A stretch of 64,000 nt of DNA from Solirubrobacterales bacterium (lineage in GTDB: Bacteria > Actinomycetota > Thermoleophilia > Solirubrobacterales > 70-9), in the NCBI GenBank assembly GCA_035765335.1, contig DASTXV010000054.1, positions 1,260 through 65,259 of the forward strand. The letters are read 5' to 3'. Within the stretch, counting starts at the first letter, position 1, and each line of letters begins with the position of its first letter. Shown here one piece after another: positions 56,950 to 64,000 of this stretch. A program made the position numbers and the translations under genes. The notes below the pieces were generated by a model that was not told the origin of the DNA, searched no databases, and saw nothing but the letters and a program-made list of their open reading frames with translations.

Positions 56950-59079
56950 CTAGGCGGGTGAGGCGGCCAAATGCTCCGCGGCACGCGCGGAATGTCTCGC
57001 CATCAGCTCCTCCTGGGCGCTGCGCGCTTCGCCGTCCGGCTGCCGCCGCGTCCAGGTGCCCTCGGAGTCGAGCTCCCAGGAGTTGACGTTGTCGGCGAGG
57101 GAGCGCTCCAGCACGTCCAGCAGCTCCGCCTTCAGCGCCGCGTCCTCCACCGGCGCCACCAGCTCGACCCGGCTGTCGAGGTTGCGGGGCATCAGGTCGG
57201 CGGAGCCCATCAGCACCCGCGTCTCCTCGCCGCGGCGGAAGGCGTAGATCCGCGAGTGCTCGAGGAAGCGGCCGACGATCGACCGGACGCTGATGTTGTC
57301 CGAGACCCCCTCCACCCCCGGCCGCAGGCAGCAGATCCCGCGCACGTTGAGGTCGATCCGCACCCCCGCCTGCGAGGCCTCGTACAGCGCCTGGATGCAG
57401 CGGGCGTCGACCAGCGAGTTCATCTTCAGGGCGATCCGCGCCTCCTCCCCCGCCTTCTGCGCCTCGGCGGTGCGCTCGATCTCCTCGATGATCCGGTCCC
57501 GCATCGTCGTCGGCGAGACCAGCACCTTGCGGTACTCGGCGGGGCGACCGTAGCCGGTGAGGAAGTTGAACATCTCGGCCACGTCGGCGCCGATGTCGGG
57601 GTCGGCGGTGAAGAGGCCGAGGTCGGTGTAGAGGCGGGCGGTCGTCGGGTTGTAGTTGCCGGTGCCGACGTGGACGTACTCGCGCACCTGCTCACCCTCG
57701 CGGCGGGCGACGACGATCGCCTTCACGTGCGTCTTCAGGCCGGGAATCCCGTAGACGACGTGGACGCCGGACTCCTCCAGCGACTTCGCCCAGTGGATGT
57801 TCGCCTCCTCGTCGAAGCGGGCTTTCAGCTCGACCATGCAGACCGCCTGCTTGCCGCGTTCGGAGGCGCGGATCAGCGACGGCACCAGCAGCGAGTCGTC
57901 GCTGGTCCGGTACACCGTCTGCTTGATCGCCAGCACGTCGGGGTCGGCGACGGCCTGGGCGACGAAGCGCTCGACCGAGGTCGCGAAGGAGTCGTAGGGA
58001 TGGTGGACGAGGAGGTCGCGCTGGCGGATCTCGGCGAACATGTCGACGGGTTCGTCGTCCTCGCCCTGCAGGCGCGGCTGCGTGACCGGCGTCCAGGGCG
58101 GCCAGCGCAGCTCGGCGTGGCCGGGGACGTCGGCGATCGCGTCGAGGTCGGCGAGGTCGATCAGTCCCTCGACGTCGTAGACCTCGCGGTCTTCCAGCCG
58201 CAGGGCGGCGACCAGCTGCGCCCGCAGCTTCGGGTTCATGCTGGAGGCGACCTCGAGCCGCACCACCTCGCCGAAGCGGCGCCGGCGGAGCTCGTCCTGG
58301 ACCGCCTGCAGGAGGTCGTCGGCCTCGTCGGAGACGGTGAAGTCGGCGTCGCGGGTGACCCGGAAGTAGCCGTGGTCGATCACGTCGATCCCGGGGAAGA
58401 GCTGCTCGAGGTTGGCGGCGATCACCTCCTCCAGGGGGACGAAGGTCTGGCCGTCGTCGCCAAGCGGCAGGAAGCGGCCGAGCAGCTCCTTCGGGACCTT
58501 GACCCGGGCGATGATCTCGTTGCCGCTCTCGGCGTCCCGCAGGAGGACGCCGAGGCTGAGCGAGAGGTTGGAGATGTAGGGGAAGGGGCGGCCGAGGCCG
58601 ATCACCAGCGGCGTCAGCGCCGGGAAGACCTGATGTTTGAAGCGGTCGTCGATCTCGCGCCGCTCCTCCGCGTTCGCCGTCTCCAGGGTGACGATCCGGA
58701 TCCCCCGCTCCTCCAGGGCCGGCCGCAGGTCGCCGCTGAAGCACTCGCAGAGGCGGTCGTCGAGCTCCAGCACGCGGCGCTGGATCGCGTCGATCTGCTC
58801 CTTCGGGGTGAGGCCGTCGGGGCCGCGCGCTTCGATCCCGGCGTCGAGCTGGTCGAAGAGGCCGGCGACGCGGACCATGAAGAACTCGTCGAGGTTGTTG
58901 GCGTAGATCCCGCAGAAGCGGAGCCGCTCGAGCAGCGGCACCTCGGCGTCCTCGGCGAGTTCGAGAACCCGCTGGTTGAAGTCGAGCCAGGAGAGCTCGC
59001 GGTTGAAGTAGAGGGCGGGATCGTCGATGGCTCCATCGTACTGAGGCGCCCCCGGTTGATCGCCGGGTTCAGGCAGCAC
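56950..59079 (-). CDS. ppk1: polyphosphate kinase 1
   Basis: FNRELSWLDFNQRVL N-terminus and two PLD-like HKD-type domains. Start taken at GTG 59079. The maximal ORF reaches 59196, inside the upstream gene. Confidence 0.9.
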   Translation of the reverse strand: MLPEPGDQPGAPQYDGAIDDPALYFNRELSWLDFNQRVLELAEDAEVPLLERLRFCGIYANNLDEFFMVRVAGLFDQLDAGIEARGPDGLTPKEQIDAIQRRVLELDDRLCECFSGDLRPALEERGIRIVTLETANAEERREIDDRFKHQVFPALTPLVIGLGRPFPYISNLSLSLGVLLRDAESGNEIIARVKVPKELLGRFLPLGDDGQTFVPLEEVIAANLEQLFPGIDVIDHGYFRVTRDADFTVSDEADDLLQAVQDELRRRRFGEVVRLEVASSMNPKLRAQLVAALRLEDREVYDVEGLIDLADLDAIADVPGHAELRWPPWTPVTQPRLQGEDDEPVDMFAEIRQRDLLVHHPYDSFATSVERFVAQAVADPDVLAIKQTVYRTSDDSLLVPSLIRASERGKQAVCMVELKARFDEEANIHWAKSLEESGVHVVYGIPGLKTHVKAIVVARREGEQVREYVHVGTGNYNPTTARLYTDLGLFTADPDIGADVAEMFNFLTGYGRPAEYRKVLVSPTTMRDRIIEEIERTAEAQKAGEEARIALKMNSLVDARCIQALYEASQAGVRIDLNVRGICCLRPGVEGVSDNISVRSIVGRFLEHSRIYAFRRGEETRVLMGSADLMPRNLDSRVELVAPVEDAALKAELLDVLERSLADNVNSWELDSEGTWTRRQPDGEARSAQEELMARHSARAAEHLAASPA

Positions 59080-61378
59080 GGGCGAGGGTCTGCGACGGTG
59101 CCGCGGCGGCGCCGTCGAGGGCGCGCCGGTAGCCGGTCGCAAGCTGTCCCATCGAGCGCTCCCAGGAGCGCTCGCGGGCGGCGCGGGCGGCGGCATCGCC
59201 GAGCTGCCTGCGCAGCTGCGGCGAGGAGGCGAGCTGCAGCACCGTGCCGGCGAGGTGGTCGGCGTCGGGACGGCAGAGCAGGCCGGTGTGGCGGTTCTCG
59301 ACCAGCGCCGCCGGGCCGCCCTCGGCGACGGCGACGACCGGTAGCCCGCTCGCCGCCGCCTCGAGAATCACCTGGCCATAAGTGTCGGTGCTGCTGGCGA
59401 AGAGGAAGACGTCGGCGCTGGCGTAGGCGCGCGGCAGCTCCTCGCCCGAGAGCCAGCCTAGGAAGGTGGCGCGGTCGCCGAGGCGCTCGCGCAGCTCGCC
59501 TTCCTCCGGGCCGCCGCCGGCCAGCAGCAGGTGCAGGCGCGGATCGCGCTCGCACGCGCGCAGGAAGCTCTCGGCAAGCAGGTCGACCCCCTTCTCGCGG
59601 GTCAGGCGACCGGCGTAGAGGACCTTGATCTCGCCGGGGAAGGCGCCGCGGTCGGCCTTGGCGGGATCGAAGCGATCGAGGTCGACCCCGCGCTCCCAGC
59701 GGCCGACCCGGGCCGGGTCGGCGCCGAGGGCGATCACCGAGGCGTCGGCGGAGGGGCTCGGCGAGAGGACGGCGGCGGGAGCCGAGTAGAAGGCGCCGAG
59801 GCCGGCGCGGGTCAGCGCCTCCAGGGTGCCGCTCTGGCTGCGCATGCCGGCGTAGGTGGCGATCTCGGTGTGGTAGCTGGCGAGCAGCGGCACGCCGGTG
59901 ATCCGGCTCATCAGGGTGGCGGCGATCCCGGCCGGCCCGGGAGCGGTGACGTGGACGAGGTCGTAGGAGCCCTCGGCGAGGGTCTCGACCAGGTCCGGCA
60001 GGCCGGGAACCCCGAGGCTCATCCCCTCGTAGAAGGGGATCTCGAGCTCGGTCGCGGCCGGCAGGCGGCGGTCGACGCCGGGGTCGGTGCCGACGATGTC
60101 GACGTCGAAGCCAGGGACGCCGCGCTCGCGGATCTGTTCGATCGTGTGGGTGACGCCGTGCATCGAGCCGATCCCGTCGGCGATCACCGCCACCCGCCGG
60201 CGCTCGCCGCGACGGTCGCGCAGCTTCGCTTTCTCGGCCCCGAGGAAGGCGGTCGCCGGCGCGTAGGGCACGGCCGGCACCAACGCCTCGAAGAGGCCGT
60301 TGACGGCGCCCGGGAAGTCACCGTCGGCAACCGCTTTGGCGCCCCCGCCGACTGCGGCACGCAAGCCGCGGTCATGGCGCCGGCGAGCGCGGCGGTAGAG
60401 GTCGGCGTGGGAGAAGCCGTCGGCCTGCAGGTAGGCGATCAGCTCCTCACCCCTCACTTCGAGCCCAACCCCGTCGAGCCAGGCCTCCAGCAGTGCCCGA
60501 GCGTCATCCGGCCCTACATCAGCCGCGATCTTCCCTCCCCGAGCTGCGCCCTCTCGAATAACCCTTTCGGCCATCTTCAGGACAGCGCTCGGTTGGACGG
60601 AGGGGAGTCCCTCGCCGGACCCTCCCCTCAGTTGTCCGCCGAGGGACTCCCCTCCGTCCCCCACCACGAACGCCCGGGTCGCCAAGGCCATAGCCGCATG
60701 AGCCCACTTGGCGGCGCTGCCCTGCTCCCCACCCGCTTCGGCGTCCCCGCGGAGCAGGTGAGCGAGAAACTCTTCCGGCGTCGCGGCCGCGGGCGCCTCG
60801 GTGAAGGTGCGGCCGATGTCGACGCCGGCATGGTCGTCGGAACCGCCGATGCCGATGCCGCCGCGCGTCTCGACGTAGACGGCGGCGGGCATGTTCAGCT
60901 CGGCGGCCCGAGAGCCGTTGCGGACCTCCCAGACGGGGAAGAGCTCCGCCAGTCGCCGCCGGTGGCGCCGGGTCAGCGGCGCGGCGACGTTGAAGAAGGG
61001 ATGCGCCAGGGCGCAGGCGATCCCGTTTTCGCGCAGGTACGCGGCGCAGGCCTCGACGTCGCCGGAGTGCGCCTGCAGCCACTCGTGGTCTCCGGGGGTG
61101 ATCCCGTAACAGAGGACGTGCACCGCCTGGGGCTCACCGGCGAAGCGGGCGGTCAGCTCCTCGGAGACGAAGCAATCGGGACGATCGGCCAGCTGCAGGC
61201 AGCCGTCGATCGTGTCGTGGTCGGTGATCGTGACGAAGTCCATCCCCCGCCGCTTGGCCAGCTCGTAGACCTCCTCCGGCGGAGTCGCGCACTCCGGCAG
61301 CCCCAGCGAGCGCTGGACGCCCAGCTTCGAGAACTGCGAGGCCGTCGAGTGGCAATGCATGTCAACACGGGAAGTCAT
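59069..61378 (-). CDS. PHP-domain phosphoesterase fused to GT4 (GT-B) glycosyltransferase
   Basis: N-terminus VDMHCHSTAS...VTITDHDTIDG...GGSDDHAG (PHP metal ligands). C-terminal half VAVIADGIGSMHGVTH...DTYGQVILEAAASGLPVVA (GT4 E-x7-E type). Confidence 0.8.
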   Translation of the reverse strand: MTSRVDMHCHSTASQFSKLGVQRSLGLPECATPPEEVYELAKRRGMDFVTITDHDTIDGCLQLADRPDCFVSEELTARFAGEPQAVHVLCYGITPGDHEWLQAHSGDVEACAAYLRENGIACALAHPFFNVAAPLTRRHRRRLAELFPVWEVRNGSRAAELNMPAAVYVETRGGIGIGGSDDHAGVDIGRTFTEAPAAATPEEFLAHLLRGDAEAGGEQGSAAKWAHAAMALATRAFVVGDGGESLGGQLRGGSGEGLPSVQPSAVLKMAERVIREGAARGGKIAADVGPDDARALLEAWLDGVGLEVRGEELIAYLQADGFSHADLYRRARRRHDRGLRAAVGGGAKAVADGDFPGAVNGLFEALVPAVPYAPATAFLGAEKAKLRDRRGERRRVAVIADGIGSMHGVTHTIEQIRERGVPGFDVDIVGTDPGVDRRLPAATELEIPFYEGMSLGVPGLPDLVETLAEGSYDLVHVTAPGPAGIAATLMSRITGVPLLASYHTEIATYAGMRSQSGTLEALTRAGLGAFYSAPAAVLSPSPSADASVIALGADPARVGRWERGVDLDRFDPAKADRGAFPGEIKVLYAGRLTREKGVDLLAESFLRACERDPRLHLLLAGGGPEEGELRERLGDRATFLGWLSGEELPRAYASADVFLFASSTDTYGQVILEAAASGLPVVAVAEGGPAALVENRHTGLLCRPDADHLAGTVLQLASSPQLRRQLGDAAARAARERSWERSMGQLATGYRRALDGAAAAPSQTLARAA

Positions 61379-61497
61379 CGGTGCTCTCCCTCTCTTTGAT
61401 CCGTCTTTCGCAAGCAGAATTCGCTATGAGCGGAGAGAAGATGTGAAAAAGGGGAGAACGCGGGGGTGAATTTCGCGCGCTGCGAGCTTGGCCAGGC

Positions 61498-61896
61498 ATG
61501 GCAGGACGAACAGAGCGAACCCTCGTCCGGATCCTCATCGGCGCCGCCCTTTGCGTTGCGCTTCTAGCGTTCGCCTTCGCGCCGATCCCACAAGAGGCGA
61601 ATGGCGATCCCTCCCTACCGGCGGCTGCCCTTGGGCAGGTCGGTCTTTATCGACCAGAGGTGGCCCTACTGACCTTCTACGGCGCGCTGCTGTTGGTGAC
61701 CCCTGTCTTTTCTGGATTGGCTCGGGGCAGATTGCCGACCGAGATCTCAGCCCGGGGTGCGAGGTTCGCAGAGGAAACCGCTCAATCCGACGAGCTGGCA
61801 GAGGAGGCAATCGAACAGCTTCGACAAAGCGTCAACCGTCTCGCCGACCGCGTAACCGCAGCAGAGACCATGATCGATGCTCAGCAGAAGAGGTGA
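61498..61896 (+). CDS. hypothetical membrane-anchored coiled-coil protein
   Basis: Two hydrophobic segments, then helical tail EEAIEQLRQSVNRLADRVTAAETMI. Lower GC than neighbours. Confidence 0.5.
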   Translation: MAGRTERTLVRILIGAALCVALLAFAFAPIPQEANGDPSLPAAALGQVGLYRPEVALLTFYGALLLVTPVFSGLARGRLPTEISARGARFAEETAQSDELAEEAIEQLRQSVNRLADRVTAAETMIDAQQKR

Positions 61897-61928
61897 CAAC
61901 AGGTGACCGACAGTAGATTCGCGACACG

Positions 61929-62135
61929 ATGAACGAGCAGGAACAGATAGACCTGGCTAAGCGCATTGCCGACGTTTCAGATGTTCTTGACTTCGAGACT
62001 GCGTTCAAAATCGTCCGGTTTGATCCGGCTCGGGCGGAAGAGCTGATTCGCAACCGGGAGGAAGAAAAAAGGTGGAAAGAAGAATTCGCTCGCGTTCGTG
62101 AGGGGCGGCGGCGAGCCCTGCTCGAACTCCGCTAA
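61929..62135 (+). CDS. hypothetical small charged helical protein
   Basis: 68 aa, Glu/Arg/Lys-rich, ATG start. The 3' end overlaps the ppx 3' end by 4 nt. Lower GC. Confidence 0.4.
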   Translation: MNEQEQIDLAKRIADVSDVLDFETAFKIVRFDPARAEELIRNREEEKRWKEEFARVREGRRRALLELR

Positions 62136-63040
62136 GCCGCGACCCGCGCCGGCGAGCCGTTGATGCTGCCGTTGAGGAGGTCGAGGATGACGCCCTCGCG
62201 GAGGCCGCCCTTGCCGATCTGGAGGGGCTGGCCGAGGAGGTCGGAGAGCTTCTCGAGCAGGAGGACGCCGGTCGGGAGGATGCGGACCCGGGTGGGGTCG
62301 AGCTCGAAGCGACGGCCGACCTCGGCGGCGGGGTCGCCGGAGAGGACGCGGATGCCGCGCTCCAGGGTCTCGTACTCGAGCACGGCACCGACGAGGCGGC
62401 GCAGCGAGGTGGCGGAGCCGCCGACGGCGACAGCCTGCGCCGGGCGCTCGATCTCGACCCCCTCGAAGATGTCGTCGATGCGGTCGCGGGTGCGGCGGAT
62501 TTCCGCCGCCGAGGGCGGGTCGGAGGAGAGCAGCTCGTCGGCGAGGTTGCCGGAGCCGACCGGCCAGGAGCGGACGCTCTGGACGCCGTCGGAGACGGTG
62601 CCGAGGATCACCTCGGTCGAGCCGCCGCCGATGTCGACGACGCCGATCAGGCCCTCGGCGGGATGCCCCAGGGTCTTGGTGGCGCCGAGGAAGGAGAGGC
62701 GGCCCTCCTCCTCCTCGGGAAGGATCTCGATCGGGACGCCCGCGGCAGCGGCGACTGCCTCGGCCACCTCCTCGCCGTTGCGCGCCTCGCGCACGGCGGC
62801 GGTGGCGACGGCGCGGATCTCCTCCGCGCCCAGCTCGCGCGCCAGCCGCACCTGAGTGGCGACGACCTCGCCGACTTCCTCGGTTTTCTCCGCCGTGATC
62901 CGCCCCTTGCCGTCAACCGCCTTGCCGATCCGCGTGTAGGCCCGCTGCTCCATCACCTTCTTCAACTGCCCCTCCACAGGCTCCGCCACGAGCAAGCGCG
63001 TGGTGTTCGAACCGATATCTATGGCGGCGCAGAGAGACAT
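62132..63040 (-). CDS. ppx: Ppx/GppA-family phosphatase (exopolyphosphatase N-terminal domains only)
   Basis: AAIDIGSNTTRLLVAE and DIGGGSTE actin-like ATPase motifs. 302 aa. Confidence 0.85.
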   Translation of the reverse strand: MSLCAAIDIGSNTTRLLVAEPVEGQLKKVMEQRAYTRIGKAVDGKGRITAEKTEEVGEVVATQVRLARELGAEEIRAVATAAVREARNGEEVAEAVAAAAGVPIEILPEEEEGRLSFLGATKTLGHPAEGLIGVVDIGGGSTEVILGTVSDGVQSVRSWPVGSGNLADELLSSDPPSAAEIRRTRDRIDDIFEGVEIERPAQAVAVGGSATSLRRLVGAVLEYETLERGIRVLSGDPAAEVGRRFELDPTRVRILPTGVLLLEKLSDLLGQPLQIGKGGLREGVILDLLNGSINGSPARVAA

Positions 63041-63087
63041 AGGCGTAGACCCCGCATGTTCCCAGGGCCGCCGGATCTCAACCGGGA

Positions 63088-63771
63088 CTACGACGGATGC
63101 GAGGCGTCCTCGAACTCCCGGAAGAGCCCGGTGACGACGAAGGCGACCTGCTCGCCGATGTCCACCGCGTTGTCAGCGATCCGCTCGATCGCCCGCGCCG
63201 CCAGCAGCATCGTCATAGCCCACTCGCGCTTGTCGGCATCGTCGCCGATCTCCAGCGCCAGGTGGAAGCATTCGCGGTTGAGGTTGTCGACGACGTCGTC
63301 GCGGCGGACGAGATCGCGCGCCATCTCCACGTTGCGTTCCTCGAAGGCCCGCTTCGACTGGGTGATCAGGGTCCGCGTGTGCCCGCCCATCGTCAGGATC
63401 AGCTTCACCATCTCCGGGTCGGCCGGCGCCTCGGTCCCGGAGAGCGGGATCACCTTGCAGACGTTGACGCACTGGTCCCCCATCCGCTCGATGCTCTTCA
63501 GCACGTGCAGCAGCGAGGAGATCAGGCGCAGGTCGGTCGCCACCGGCGACTGCGTCGCCAGCAGGGTGATCAGGCTCTGGTGCACCTCGAGGTAGCGGCC
63601 GTCGATGCGGTCGTCGTCGTTGATCACGACCTGGGCCAGCTCGACGTCCTGATGCTCGACCGCTTCCATCGTGCGGCCGAGGGCCACGTTGACCATGTCG
63701 AGGCCGCCGAGGGCGCTCGCCTCGAGCCTCTCCAACTCCTCCTGGTAGTGCACGCGGACGCTGTCGGGCAT
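63088..63771 (-). CDS. phoU: phosphate signalling complex protein PhoU
   Basis: Two PhoU repeats with E/D-x3-D motifs. The ATG overlaps the pstB TGA (ATGA). Confidence 0.9.
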   Translation of the reverse strand: MPDSVRVHYQEELERLEASALGGLDMVNVALGRTMEAVEHQDVELAQVVINDDDRIDGRYLEVHQSLITLLATQSPVATDLRLISSLLHVLKSIERMGDQCVNVCKVIPLSGTEAPADPEMVKLILTMGGHTRTLITQSKRAFEERNVEMARDLVRRDDVVDNLNRECFHLALEIGDDADKREWAMTMLLAARAIERIADNAVDIGEQVAFVVTGLFREFEDASHPS

Positions 63772-64000
63772 CAGCCCACTTTCCCGGAGACGTAGTCCTC
63801 GGTGCGCTTGTCGGCGGGGTTGGTGAAGATCTTCTCGGTCACGTCGTACTCGACCAGCCGGCCCCAGCGGTTGTGCTCCTCGGAGTCGAGCTCGACCATC
63901 AGGAACGCGGTCCGGTCGGAGACCCGCGCCGCCTGCTGCATGTTGTGAGTGACGATGACGATCGAGTACTGATCTTTCAGCTCGATCATCAGGTCCTCGA
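63771..64000 (-). CDS. pstB: phosphate ABC transporter ATP-binding protein PstB, C-terminal part (5' end outside window)
   Basis: [16 protein letters not shown]...[18 protein letters not shown] is the canonical PstB C-terminus. Confidence 0.9.
   Translation of the reverse strand, partial: EDLMIELKDQYSIVIVTHNMQQAARVSDRTAFLMVELDSEEHNRWGRLVEYDVTEKIFTNPADKRTEDYVSGKVG

Noticed and set aside
56971-59628. 885-aa ORF antisense to ppk1
   Set aside because: Shadow frame. ppk1 on the minus strand has full-length family similarity.

Overview
64-kb window from a very GC-rich, Actinomycetota-like chromosome. Gene content loosely suggests a Thermoleophilia/Rubrobacteria-type lineage, but that is a low-confidence guess. 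No rRNA or CRISPR array was seen, and there is one tRNA, Gly(CCC).

Core genes:
- an alkB-rubredoxin-TetR alkane hydroxylase module
- System I cytochrome c maturation genes in two separated blocks: ccmE-ccmF at 5.7-8.7 kb and ccmG-ccmH at 27.6-28.6 kb
- secG, argS, a Ser/Thr kinase and tgt
- the glycolytic operon gap-pgk-tpiA-gpmI
- an ABC-2 exporter and rapZ-uvrC
- a cNMP-binding flavoprotein convergent with a class III phosphodiesterase
- vapBC
- an orphan Tad minor-pilin cluster ending in a TadG-M15-SLT fusion
- a long phosphate block: pit-DUF47, ppk1, a PHP-GT4 fusion, ppx, phoU and pstB

Accessory DNA, which is lower in GC by eye:
(i) A tandem array of three deeply diverged ~1000-aa secreted Cys-rich paralogs. 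I could assign them to no family. A GT2 lies downstream and an ArsR-type regulator is divergent upstream.
(ii) A ~6.8-kb low-GC island wedged between tRNA-Gly(CCC) and a truncated MotA/TolQ/ExbB gene. It carries a Sec-signal Rhs/YD-repeat (WapA-like) polymorphic toxin with an unrecognised 134-aa C-terminal domain and a membrane-anchored candidate immunity gene.
(iii) A low-GC secreted protein with three FN3-like repeats.

Several long G/C-rich inverted-repeat (MITE/REP-like) elements sit at gene junctions. One replaces the core of a DUF559 gene. Another sits exactly between ccmE and ccmF, and its arms contain the ccmE stop codon and the ccmF start codon.

Many long Arg/Pro/Gly-rich ORFs in the six-frame track are high-GC shadow frames and were rejected.
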